IMG/VR virus record: IMGVR_UViG_3300006863_000002
Location: 1-55,594 of that record
DNA: 55,594 bases
Reading direction: 5' to 3' (one strand)
DNA from: a virus
Lineage: Duplodnaviria; Caudoviricetes
The position numbers were made by a program, and so were the translations under genes. Position 1 is the first letter of the stretch. Every line of letters begins with the position of its first letter. The notes beneath the pieces are model-generated. The model was not told the origin of the DNA and searched no databases. It saw only the letters and a list, made by a program, of their open reading frames with translations. Positions 1 to 8,567 of the stretch are shown one piece after another.

Positions 1-17
1 ATTATATATACCTACTC
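1..17. repeat. 17-bp terminal direct repeat (circular assembly overlap) with 55578-55594
   Basis: ATTATATATACCTACTC is at both ends of the window. Confidence 0.9.
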
Positions 18-81
18 TCTCCCTCCCTCCCCTGCTCCAACCCTTCCACCTTAAACCCACTTTCCCCACCTATTCACTCCC

Positions 82-105
82 AATAGGCCAAAATAAATGT
101 TTGCG
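82..105. repeat. Right arm of 24-bp perfect inverted repeat spanning the genome junction
   Basis: AATAGGCCAAAATAAATGTTTGCG is the exact reverse complement of 55425-55448. Confidence 0.9.
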
Positions 106-199
106 GTAATTGTAACCCGCAATAATCCATCCTATACTTAACCCGTCAATATCACCAACCCAAACCAAACCCAAACCAAACCCAAAAGGAGCCAACAGC

Positions 200-844
200 A
201 TGGCGATAACCCAAAACCGAATGCTCGCGCTCATCAAAATCGCTGATGCATTCAAAGACCAGCTTCTTTTCCAAACCCGATTAATCTCATCCACAATCCG
301 CGATCTGCCGCCAAACCCAGCGCCCGCCGATCTCCTCGCGGCGATCCAGACGCTCCAACACCTCGCGAACGCCACAACGCTCGATCCGAACGCGCTGGAA
401 CTTCTCGCGACTGAAAAGGCGCATTTTAAGCTCAACGCGACGCGAAACAATCGGCTCGCGGCGAAGGCGAGGATTAGACGGGGTCAAGACGCGGATCAAC
501 TCGGACGAACCGCGCCCGCCTCGATCCAGCGCCATGTAACCGCAGGCTATGACGAGTTTTTCCAAAAATCGACGGCAGGGGCGATCCCAAAGACTGAAAT
601 CTCAAAACCGCCCTTCACTGGCGCAGCGGCAGCTTACAACACCACAAGGCTGCTCTCCGACGAAGAACTCGCCAAACACACCAACATCGAACTCGCAGAA
701 CAAAAGATCGAGATTAACAAATTCCACACTGACATGAACATGCCCGAACCTTATCCAGACGTTTACGACGACAGCATTCCACTTTCCGACGACCACAAAC
801 GCCATCTGGGCATTCCCACACCTCCCAGCAGCAGCCTTTTCTAA
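200..844 (+). CDS. Hypothetical early protein (214 aa)
   Basis: AGGAG RBS upstream, long ORF, followed by a terminator. Confidence 0.75.
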   Translation: MAITQNRMLALIKIADAFKDQLLFQTRLISSTIRDLPPNPAPADLLAAIQTLQHLANATTLDPNALELLATEKAHFKLNATRNNRLAAKARIRRGQDADQLGRTAPASIQRHVTAGYDEFFQKSTAGAIPKTEISKPPFTGAAAAYNTTRLLSDEELAKHTNIELAEQKIEINKFHTDMNMPEPYPDVYDDSIPLSDDHKRHLGIPTPPSSSLF

Positions 845-852
845 TCACTTCC

Positions 853-888
853 GGGGCTGGGCGCTCGCAATCCCAGCCCCCCATTTTT
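853..888 (+). terminator. Rho-independent terminator
   Basis: GGGGCTGGG...CCCAGCCCC stem followed by CCATTTTT. Confidence 0.6.
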
Positions 889-892
889 CGTC

Positions 893-921
893 TTGACCTT
901 AGGCCCATTATATGCAATAAA
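893..921 (+). promoter_or_regulatory. Putative sigma70-type promoter with TTAGGCCCAT motif in the spacer
   Basis: TTGACC-17 nt-AATAAA; motif at 899-908. Confidence 0.45.
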
Positions 922-924
922 AGC

Positions 925-1326
925 ATGTCGGGCAAACCACAACGCGCCCGACCAGTTAGCAACCCCGAGCCGCTAATGCGGCAGCCTCCAAGGCCAGGAC
1001 ACTTGCAGATGACTTCCACAAACAACTCCCGCAACCGCTACCAGCAATCAATCCGCAAGAGCAAGTCCCAGCTCTTCGCCTACTACGACGCGCAGCCAGC
1101 GGCCACTCGCAAACTATTCCAAGACTTCCCCGAAAACCTCTGGCCAGCTTCCTACAGCGACCATTTCAACGGCTTCCCAGAAGCCCACAAGCGATACCTC
1201 GCCAACCTCAAAAACATCTGGGGCGCGGATCATCCTGCCGTCATCGACGCCTCGCGCCGCGTCTCCACTCGCCGAAACAAAATCGTCGAACTCGCTGACG
1301 CCGACGACCTCCTTGCCAACTTCTAA
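925..1326 (+). CDS. Hypothetical early protein (true start possibly 1009)
   Basis: ORF in the early operon ending DADDLLANF. Confidence 0.65.
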   Translation: MSGKPQRARPVSNPEPLMRQPPRPGHLQMTSTNNSRNRYQQSIRKSKSQLFAYYDAQPAATRKLFQDFPENLWPASYSDHFNGFPEAHKRYLANLKNIWGADHPAVIDASRRVSTRRNKIVELADADDLLANF

Positions 1327-1376
1327 CGGGCTTCCAGCCCATTCCCTTTTCACCACAACCTAACAGGAGCCATCCC

Positions 1377-1649
1377 ATGTTTCACCCAGTTTCCCTCTCC
1401 AATCTCAAGAAAATCCTCCGCTCCGGGCAATATTCCTGGCCCGGCGGATACCCTCTCTATTTCATAATGGCAGACGGCGAGCCCGCCTCATTCGCTGGCA
1501 TTCGCGCTGAATGGAAACGTATCTGCCGCGCACATATCGCACAAACCTCCTACGATCGCGAGTGGATCGTCGCCGGTTACGACGTAAACTGGGAAGATCA
1601 CGACCTTACCTGCTGCATCTCCAACACCCCGATCCAGTCTGCCTACTAA
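1377..1649 (+). CDS. Hypothetical phage early protein (WPGGYP motif)
   Basis: AGGAG RBS; YSWPGGYPLYF motif typical of small phage early proteins. Confidence 0.75.
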   Translation: MFHPVSLSNLKKILRSGQYSWPGGYPLYFIMADGEPASFAGIRAEWKRICRAHIAQTSYDREWIVAGYDVNWEDHDLTCCISNTPIQSAY

Positions 1650-1674
1650 CCCTTCACCTATCAGGAGCCCTACC

Positions 1675-1908
1675 ATGTGCCGCTATTCAGTTGAAATGAC
1701 CGATACTTTCGGAGGCGAAGCCAACTACTGCTGGGTGCATCGCGCCCTAATCGACGCGCCCTGCGACGCCAGCAGCAAGCTGCTTATTCGTAGAGCCAAA
1801 AAAGCGCTGGGCATCTCCACGCCCCATCGCGTCAGCTATGATCACGGCGACATGCTCCGCATTGACCTCCGCAATCAGCATATCTGCATCTTCATCTCTG
1901 CCCTCTAA
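1675..1908 (+). CDS. Hypothetical phage protein (TDTFGGEANYCW motif)
   Basis: AGGAG RBS; recurrent phage protein motif. Confidence 0.75.
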   Translation: MCRYSVEMTDTFGGEANYCWVHRALIDAPCDASSKLLIRRAKKALGISTPHRVSYDHGDMLRIDLRNQHICIFISAL

Positions 1909-1921
1909 CAGGAGCCCTTCC

Positions 1922-2209
1922 ATGCAAGACTCATCAATTCACATTCACGCCCATGGCGTCAGCTATTCCGGCCCCGACGCTGTTGCATACTTACGCGCCC
2001 GCTCCCTGCGATCCGCGATCCAGCTTTATGTCAAATCTGGCGGCCAGATCATTCCAACTCGCGGCATGGGCATCACCAACATGCTGCGCGCTGCGGGCGA
2101 AATCACACAAACCAAATACAAACGCACCCAGGCTGCAATGGCAATCGACGACCTCACAATCTGGATCGCCACCATGCAGTCGGCCCTTCCCATAACCTCG
2201 GATGAGTAA
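1922..2209 (+). CDS. Hypothetical early protein
   Basis: AGGAG RBS before ATG 1922 (MQDSS...). Confidence 0.7.
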   Translation: MQDSSIHIHAHGVSYSGPDAVAYLRARSLRSAIQLYVKSGGQIIPTRGMGITNMLRAAGEITQTKYKRTQAAMAIDDLTIWIATMQSALPITSDE

Positions 2210-2501
2210 CATGACCCAGACATCTCCCGCCGAAGGCGGGGCGGAGATCACATATCATCGCCCCCTCTGGCTAATCGCCGCTGAAATCCGCGCCAACTGG
2301 CCCAAACCCTATTTCGGAGCCATCCCCTACATCTTCGCGCTCCGCCATCTCAACCAGATCTCGGAGCCTTACGGCCTGGACTCTGGCGTTTCGTGCGTGG
2401 CGTATTTCCTCGCAAACGCACAAACCTGGCGAGGGCCAGAGGCTCGCCGCATCAAATCTGAACTTCGCGAAATCCTGAAAGGAGCAAACTATGTCCTCTA
2501 A
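2202..2501 (+). CDS. Hypothetical phage protein
   Basis: Overlaps neighbours; YFLANAQTWRGPEARRIK motif. Confidence 0.75.
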   Translation: MSNMTQTSPAEGGAEITYHRPLWLIAAEIRANWPKPYFGAIPYIFALRHLNQISEPYGLDSGVSCVAYFLANAQTWRGPEARRIKSELREILKGANYVL

Positions 2502-2772
2502 CACCTACAACGGCTGGACGAACTACGCCACATGGCGGATCAACCTGGAAATCCTTGGCGACCTCGACCTTGCAGAGTTTTTTGACTCCAAGCCTGACCT
2601 TGCTGACGCAGCCACTTGGTGCAGGGAATATGTCGAAGAACTGATAGGCGACGGGAATGACCTCGCCACCAGCTATGCCCTCGCCTTCATCTCCGACGTA
2701 AACTGGCGCGAAATCGCCACACACCTTTTGACTGACTCCACTTTCCCCATACCTGACGGAGATGAAGAATGA
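2491..2772 (+). CDS. Hypothetical phage protein (YNGWTNYATW family)
   Basis: AAGGAG RBS; YNGWTNYATW and VNWREIA motifs. Confidence 0.8.
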   Translation: MSSNTYNGWTNYATWRINLEILGDLDLAEFFDSKPDLADAATWCREYVEELIGDGNDLATSYALAFISDVNWREIATHLLTDSTFPIPDGDEE

Positions 2773-2963
2773 TCGCTGAACTTTACACCGACGGCGCGCA
2801 AACAGCCATCCGCATCCTCGTCGCGAACCTCCAGAACCCCAACTTCCGGCTGACAAAAGACGAGCGGATCGACCTTGAGCAATTCATCTCCGATCTTCAA
2901 GACGCTCTCGACAACGAGGCTGAAGCCGACTGGCTACGCCGCAACTCTTACGACAACAACTGA
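2769..2963 (+). CDS. Hypothetical protein
   Basis: ATGA-coupled to the upstream gene. Confidence 0.65.
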   Translation: MIAELYTDGAQTAIRILVANLQNPNFRLTKDERIDLEQFISDLQDALDNEAEADWLRRNSYDNN

Positions 2964-2979
2964 CAGGAGACCCCTGGCC

Positions 2980-3396
2980 ATGCAAACTTTTCTTCCATAC
3001 TCCGACTTCGCCGCATCTGCCCGTGTCCTCGACAACCGCAGGCTCGGCAAACAGCGCGTCGAAACGCTGCAAATCCTCAACGCACTGACCAACCCGAACT
3101 ACGGCTGGCAACATCACCCCGCTGTCAAAATGTGGCGCGGCCATGTGCCGTATCTCGTCATCTACGGCCTCGCCATCTGCGGGGAATGGAAAAGCCGATC
3201 CTTCAACGACACGACGGGAGCCAAAATCGCGGATTTCATGCCGGACGGGGCGCACTTTGAAAAGCCCCGCTGGCTTGGCGACGACGCTTTCCACGCGTCG
3301 CATCGTTCGAACCTTCTCCGCAAGGAGCCCGACCACTATCGGCAATTCCACTGGGTCGAAGGCCCCGACCTTCCCTACGTCTGGCCCTCGCCCTAA
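2980..3396 (+). CDS. Pyrimidine-dimer DNA glycosylase / endonuclease V-like (MSMEG_6728-like)
   Basis: MQTFLPY...LDNRRLGKQRVETLQIL...HPAVKMW...HRSNLLRK...YVWP. Confidence 0.85.
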   Translation: MQTFLPYSDFAASARVLDNRRLGKQRVETLQILNALTNPNYGWQHHPAVKMWRGHVPYLVIYGLAICGEWKSRSFNDTTGAKIADFMPDGAHFEKPRWLGDDAFHASHRSNLLRKEPDHYRQFHWVEGPDLPYVWPSP

Positions 3397-3430
3397 CGGG
3401 CGAACCCTTCCAAAACAACAGCTTAGAATT

Positions 3431-3465
3431 ACTGACAAACACTGACAAACATTGACAAACACTGA
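3431..3465. repeat. Tandem 10-bp repeat ACTGACAAAC, about 3.5 copies
   Basis: actgacaaac actgacaaac attgacaaac actga in an intergenic gap. Confidence 0.85.
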
Positions 3466-3479
3466 AAGGGCCGAAGGCC

Positions 3480-3803
3480 ATGCAGACCGGCATCTATTTC
3501 ATGGGCCACGACTTCATCCTCGACATCGACTGGACGCTCACCCATCCGGGCACTAAGCCACAACTCTACGGCCCGCCGGAGAATTGTTACCCCGGAGACG
3601 ACCCGGAATGGGAAGTCAACTCGATCTACCTCAAACTCGACGACCCGGACAAACCGGACGCCCCGTTTTTTGAGGCGACTGGCGCACTGCTCGAACTTCT
3701 CGCATCCTCCCGCGCCGTTGACGACGCGATCCTTGATTACATCGGGGAGTGGGGCGAAGATGAGGACATCTATCCAGACGAGGATTACTACCGTGAACGC
3801 TGA
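3480..3803 (+). CDS. Acidic hypothetical phage protein
   Basis: GPPENCYP motif; very acidic C-terminus. Confidence 0.75.
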   Translation: MQTGIYFMGHDFILDIDWTLTHPGTKPQLYGPPENCYPGDDPEWEVNSIYLKLDDPDKPDAPFFEATGALLELLASSRAVDDAILDYIGEWGEDEDIYPDEDYYRER

Positions 3804-3969
3804 CAACCCTCCTCTGCGCCAAACCCTAATCTTCAAATGCAAAACCTGCGACGAGGCTTTCGCCCTGATCCGCGCCCATAAACCTGCAAACTTTTGGGCG
3901 CAGATCATCTGCCTATCCGACGGCTGCGTGGAACTTCACCTCCGCCCTCTCGAAGAAAAGGATTATTAA
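3793..3969 (+). CDS. Small CxxC protein
   Basis: GTG start overlapping the upstream gene; CKTC. Confidence 0.45.
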   Translation: MNADNPPLRQTLIFKCKTCDEAFALIRAHKPANFWAQIICLSDGCVELHLRPLEEKDY

Positions 3970-4152
3970 ATGCTCGCTGCAGCCGTGGTCTCTATGTTGA
4001 TCTTCGCCTTCGTCTGGCTGATCTTCACACTCGTCGCGTATTCCTTCATCTACGGCTCGCTCATCGCAGCGTATGTTTTCATCTGGGACGATGAAACCCG
4101 AAAGTCGATCTGCCCGAAAGGTCTCCTTCGTGCAATCCTCTACGACGAATAA
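3970..4152 (+). CDS. Small membrane protein
   Basis: Hydrophobic N-terminal ~38 aa; abuts upstream stop. Confidence 0.55.
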   Translation: MLAAAVVSMLIFAFVWLIFTLVAYSFIYGSLIAAYVFIWDDETRKSICPKGLLRAILYDE

Positions 4153-4261
4153 TCCCCAGACGCGCGTTAAACCCCTTGTATTTGTCGCGTTTTTGTGTCA
4201 CTATAATCCGTGACTTCCCGCGTTTTTGTCCTTTTGTTTCCTTCCTACCTCGGAGCCTACC

Positions 4262-4636
4262 ATGTCAAGAACCGCCCCGTTCCATGCTGCCGCCGCCATC
4301 TATTCAGAAGGCGACTTCATCTATCTCCAGCTCCGCGCCACAAAAGGCTACACGCAAGAGCTGTCATTCCCCGCAACACCCGGCGGAATGGCAGCGCTTA
4401 TGCGAGTCCTGCGTGAACGTGAGATGGCTGGCGCGCTCACCCCCCACCGCATCGCAGGCCCGACCATGCCGATCCAGTATGTCGTGGACTCTTGGAATAA
4501 ATCTGCGCCAAACGCCGCAGACAAATTGTCCCGCGCAAAGGAGCGCGCCGACAAGGAACGCTTCGCCGCAAAATCTACGAAGGAGAAAATCGCCGATCTA
4601 TCTGCACTCTTCGACAACCCGGACTTTGACTTTTGA
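4262..4636 (+). CDS. Hypothetical protein
   Basis: GGAG RBS; ends ADLSALFDNPDFDF. Confidence 0.7.
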   Translation: MSRTAPFHAAAAIYSEGDFIYLQLRATKGYTQELSFPATPGGMAALMRVLREREMAGALTPHRIAGPTMPIQYVVDSWNKSAPNAADKLSRAKERADKERFAAKSTKEKIADLSALFDNPDFDF

Positions 4637-4724
4637 CGCTTTGCGTTAAACCCACCTGATACTCACTACAGTATGGCCTTAACCCTTAAACTGCTAAACG
4701 CGCCGTAGGCGCAAGGAGCCTAGC

Positions 4725-5024
4725 ATGACCCTTTCCCAAATCTTCTCAAAGCTCAACGTCCTCAACGCTGAAGTCGCGCTTTGCCGTAACAACTACCGAT
4801 TCTCCGACGACTCGGAGCGGTGGGGCTGCTCGATCACGCTTGACCACGAAGGCACGGAGATCAAAGTCCGCGCCAATGCGGCGGACGGAGACGAGGCGCT
4901 CATCAACGCCTTCCGCAAACTTGACGACCTTCTCTCCGCTGGCCAAGTCGTGCGCGCCCTTAACCTTCCTCTTCTTTCCTCTCCCGTTGTGGACGAATCG
5001 ACGGTGCCGTTCAGTGCATCTTAA
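4725..5024 (+). CDS. Hypothetical protein
   Basis: AAGGAG RBS. Confidence 0.7.
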   Translation: MTLSQIFSKLNVLNAEVALCRNNYRFSDDSERWGCSITLDHEGTEIKVRANAADGDEALINAFRKLDDLLSAGQVVRALNLPLLSSPVVDESTVPFSAS

Positions 5025-5055
5025 CACCCAATCCTACATGCAAAAGGTGAGCGCC

Positions 5056-5253
5056 ATGTGCGCTCGCCCAGCACTTTCAGACCCGCAAGACCGCGAGGCT
5101 TTTCTTCGCCGCCTTGTGGCTTATTGGACTCGCCAACTCAACCTTCACACTCGCGGCAAGTCGATCGCCTTCACCCCGCTCGAAGTGGACGAAATACTTG
5201 ACGAACTTGAACACGAAATCAGGAAACTCCGCGATGGCAACAGATCAGAGTAA
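5056..5253 (+). CDS. Hypothetical protein
   Basis: AAGGTGA RBS; operon packing. Confidence 0.55.
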   Translation: MCARPALSDPQDREAFLRRLVAYWTRQLNLHTRGKSIAFTPLEVDEILDELEHEIRKLRDGNRSE

Positions 5254-5569
5254 CGTCCCTCCGCATATCAAGCGTGACGTGCAAAAACTCGCCTACGACA
5301 GAACTCACGACGTTATCAATAACATCGGAGACGTGTTTGGGCGCGACACGGACATCCTCGCGCTTTCATCCGCTGCGGCCATGAACGCATCTTTTCTTAT
5401 GCTTTACTGCGCGACCCGCATCAAACACGGAGACACTTTTGAACCGAACGACCTGCTTCGCATCTGGCAAGAAGCAATGCAGACGGAATTTCTCCACATG
5501 AAACGAGGCTTTGATTTAGCGCAGGACGTTTCCACAGACGATCTTGAAAGGAAAAAGAATGGACACTGA
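5234..5569 (+). CDS. Hypothetical protein
   Basis: Overlapping operon arrangement; AGGA RBS. Confidence 0.65.
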   Translation: MATDQSNVPPHIKRDVQKLAYDRTHDVINNIGDVFGRDTDILALSSAAAMNASFLMLYCATRIKHGDTFEPNDLLRIWQEAMQTEFLHMKRGFDLAQDVSTDDLERKKNGH

Positions 5570-5780
5570 AACACCAAGGGCGATGCAATTAACCCTCGCG
5601 CTTAATATGCTGCGCGATCTATTCCCAGACCAACCAGTCATGGTGATCGTCGTGTTCGAGGCAGACGATGGGTATGAAGTTTGTTCAGGTGGAAATATGG
5701 AGCTTGAGCAGCAAAAAAGATTTTTGTGCGAACTGGTCAACTCGAAAACATCAATCATTACCAGCCCGACACTTAACTAG
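5559..5780 (+). CDS. Hypothetical protein
   Basis: Overlapping operon arrangement. Confidence 0.6.
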   Translation: MDTETPRAMQLTLALNMLRDLFPDQPVMVIVVFEADDGYEVCSGGNMELEQQKRFLCELVNSKTSIITSPTLN

Positions 5781-5790
5781 GAGCAAAATC

Positions 5791-6213
5791 ATGCCGTCAC
5801 ATTCCGCCCCCCTCGTTGGAATGCACTTCCGCCCACCGGCCAAGGCGATACTGCAATCGCTTCCGTCCGCCTACCCGCTGGAACTCCGGCCCGAACCGAC
5901 AAATCCTTACGACGCGAACGCGATTGCGGTCTGGTTCGATGCGAAGCACCTTTCGGACGACTCGATGGAGGAACTCCGCCACACCCTTCCGGGCATGGGC
6001 TCCGACATCGACGACCTTTGCATCACACGATACTGGCACATCGGCTACATGGCTCGCGACGAAGCGGCGAAGCACCAGCACGCAATCGCCAACATCATAG
6101 AAGGACATAACGAAGATGCCACAGTCTCCGGGGAAGGTTTCATTTGGCTCGGTTATCCCGCCACGCTCGGGTTTGACGGTGCCGGGAAGCCCCTCGTCGC
6201 CTTTAACATTTAA
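5791..6213 (+). CDS. HIRAN-domain protein
   Basis: LVGMHFR...LELRPEPTNPYDANAIAVW...HIGYM matches the HIRAN consensus. Confidence 0.8.
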   Translation: MPSHSAPLVGMHFRPPAKAILQSLPSAYPLELRPEPTNPYDANAIAVWFDAKHLSDDSMEELRHTLPGMGSDIDDLCITRYWHIGYMARDEAAKHQHAIANIIEGHNEDATVSGEGFIWLGYPATLGFDGAGKPLVAFNI

Positions 6214-6445
6214 GATCGTGCGAGGCGCGAAGCCGCCTGTTAAATGCAAATACCCGTTTCAATCCATGCAACTCGGAGACGCTTTTTATGTTCCCTGCGC
6301 CTATGATCTTCGCGGAAATGTTTCTACGCAAATCCATAACGCTGCTCGACGCTTTCGTGAAAAGCATAAGGCAGGTTTCAAAATCTCAATCCAATCCGTA
6401 ATGTATAAAGGCGCTTTCGCCATCGCAGTTTTTCGCAAGGGCTAA
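6116..6445 (+). CDS. Small putative DNA-binding protein (KYPF..M..GD.F motif); true start probably near 6200
   Basis: CKYPFQSMQLGDAFYVP motif common in phage proteins. Confidence 0.55.
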   Translation: MPQSPGKVSFGSVIPPRSGLTVPGSPSSPLTFKIVRGAKPPVKCKYPFQSMQLGDAFYVPCAYDLRGNVSTQIHNAARRFREKHKAGFKISIQSVMYKGAFAIAVFRKG

Positions 6446-6479
6446 TGCCCCCCTCCCTAACAGCAGAAAGGTTTGTGGC

Positions 6480-7976
6480 GTGAAACCAACCCCAGAACAG
6501 GCCGCCATCATCGCAGCCGCAACGCAGCCCCAAAGCCTCATGGTCAACGCCCTCGCAGGCACCGGCAAGACCACAACCCTCACCATGCTGGCCAAGGCCC
6601 TTCCGCCTGAACCGGCGCTCGCTCTCGCGTTCAACAAAAAGATCAAAGAGGAACTCGAGAAGCGTTTTCCCAAAAACTTCACAGTGATGACCATGAACGG
6701 TCTCGGCCATCGCGCTTGGTCGTTCACGATTAACAAGAAGAAAATGCTGATCGACACAAACAAAATCGGGAGATTGACGAGCGCGGCGTTACAGGCGTTC
6801 CCCGACTCCCGCCCGCAATGGGGCTCGATCAAAACGATGGTCGCCATGGCGATGCAGCGCGGACTTGTGCCGTCGCATTTCCAGCACGCGAAGTCACTTT
6901 TGCCTGACGCCCCGGCGACGTGGGAGCAAATCGACTATGAACTCGACAGCCAGCTTTCCGCGAACGAACGCAAACTTGCGCGGCACATCTTGATCGAGTC
7001 GATTGAGGAAGGGCTCAAGGGGTGCATCTCGTTTGACGACCAGATTTATCTGCCGATCGTGTTTTCGGGGGCGTTCCCGCGTTTCCCGCTCGTGCTTGTG
7101 GACGAAGCGCAAGACCTTTCGCCGCTTAACCATGAGATGCTTCGCAAATGCGCGGCAGGCAAACTTATCGTCGTGGGCGATCCGCGCCAAGCTATCTACG
7201 CTTTTCGCGGGGCAGATCATAACAGCATGACCAACCTCAAAGCCCTCAAAAAAGAATGGATCGAACTTCCGCTTAACACGACCTTCCGCTGCCCGCAGGC
7301 TATTGTCGAACGGCAGCACGCTCATGCCCCGCAATACCGCGCAGCCGAAAGCAACCCAGAAGGATCAATCAACATCTTCCCGGCAGGCGAAGAGTGGACA
7401 TGGCAGAAAGTCGAAGCACTTTCGACAGGCGAGATCGCCATTCTCTGCCGCAACAACGCGCCGCTTTTAAGCATGGCGTTCAAATTGCTGCGTCAAGGAG
7501 TCGGCGTCAACATGATGGGGAGAGACATTGGACGGGGGCTTTCGTCGCTTTGCCGCAAATTGTCTCCAGACGACAAACTCGCCATCGAACCGTTCTCGCA
7601 TAAACTCGCGGAATGGTTTGAGACGGAACGGACGAAAGCGGAGGTGAATGAGGACGCAAGCAAGATCGACTCAGTGACGGACAAGTTTGAGTGCATCATG
7701 GCAGTCATCACGCATCGTGAACCAAAAACGGTTAGGGTGCTGATGAATGAACTCGAAAACCTTTTCGCCAAGGACTCCGGCATCGTAACCCTTGCAACCG
7801 GCCATAAAGCGAAGGGGCTCGAATGGGACACCGTGCTGCATCTCGATCCGTGGCGCATCCCGTCCAAATGGGCGAAAAAGGATGACGAGATCAGGCAGGA
7901 GAACAACCTAAAATACGTGCTCGAAACGCGAACAAAGCACACACTCATCCTCGCAAACCTAAAGGATTTTTCGTGA
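6480..7976 (+). CDS. UvrD/Rep-family SF1 helicase
   Basis: ALAGTGKT Walker A, VDEAQD, GDPRQAIYAFRGA, TFRCP, HKAKGLEW. Confidence 0.93.
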   Translation: MKPTPEQAAIIAAATQPQSLMVNALAGTGKTTTLTMLAKALPPEPALALAFNKKIKEELEKRFPKNFTVMTMNGLGHRAWSFTINKKKMLIDTNKIGRLTSAALQAFPDSRPQWGSIKTMVAMAMQRGLVPSHFQHAKSLLPDAPATWEQIDYELDSQLSANERKLARHILIESIEEGLKGCISFDDQIYLPIVFSGAFPRFPLVLVDEAQDLSPLNHEMLRKCAAGKLIVVGDPRQAIYAFRGADHNSMTNLKALKKEWIELPLNTTFRCPQAIVERQHAHAPQYRAAESNPEGSINIFPAGEEWTWQKVEALSTGEIAILCRNNAPLLSMAFKLLRQGVGVNMMGRDIGRGLSSLCRKLSPDDKLAIEPFSHKLAEWFETERTKAEVNEDASKIDSVTDKFECIMAVITHREPKTVRVLMNELENLFAKDSGIVTLATGHKAKGLEWDTVLHLDPWRIPSKWAKKDDEIRQENNLKYVLETRTKHTLILANLKDFS

Positions 7977-8323
7977 TGGCAAAACACTTCCTTGCTCCCG
8001 AACGTCCTCGCATATCAGGACTTCCGGCGTTCGCGCCGGAAAGCAACCCCGGAGGCTTGTCGATCATTCCGGGGCTTTACTGCAGCCCTTCGAGCGATAC
8101 CACGATTGAGGTCTCCGGGTTTTTTTCGTCCGGCCCCAACCGATCGACCCGAAAGGTCATCACCATCCACGCCTCTGACTTCGCAGCCTTTTGGACGCGC
8201 TGGTTGGCTGACCCGGAAGGCGTGGCCGAAAAGGAATTTGGCTGGGTGCCGCTTGCGGCCACTCCCACAAAATCACCCGTCGCCACCACGCTTGACCTTG
8301 ACGAACTTCTCGGAGACTTTTGA
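7976..8323 (+). CDS. Hypothetical protein
   Basis: Coupled to the helicase; ends LDLDELLGDF. Confidence 0.7.
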   Translation: MAKHFLAPERPRISGLPAFAPESNPGGLSIIPGLYCSPSSDTTIEVSGFFSSGPNRSTRKVITIHASDFAAFWTRWLADPEGVAEKEFGWVPLAATPTKSPVATTLDLDELLGDF

Positions 8324-8324
8324 C

Positions 8325-8567
8325 ATGACTCGATTTGCACCTATCGCCCTTTGCTTCTGCGTCGGCCTGTGCGATGGCTACACCACGTTTTATGGACCGC
8401 AAGGGCAACTGGCTGGATCGGCAAATTCCATCGCAGGCTATACGCAATACTACGGCCCCCAAGGCCAACTCGTCGGATCGTCAAACAGCATCGGGAATTA
8501 CACCACCTATTATAATTCCGAAGGCGGTTTGGCAGGTTCCTCAAACGGCATCGGAGGAGACGAATGA
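8325..8567 (+). CDS. Putative exported protein with three 20-aa repeats
   Basis: Hydrophobic N-terminus, then GYTxxYGPQGQLxGSxNSI-type unit three times; GGAG RBS. Confidence 0.7.
   Translation: MTRFAPIALCFCVGLCDGYTTFYGPQGQLAGSANSIAGYTQYYGPQGQLVGSSNSIGNYTTYYNSEGGLAGSSNGIGGDE

Noticed and set aside
3431-3465. CRISPR or mini-array
   Set aside because: 10-bp tandem units with no spacers; the Cas4-like gene at 14700 sits in a standard phage recombination module
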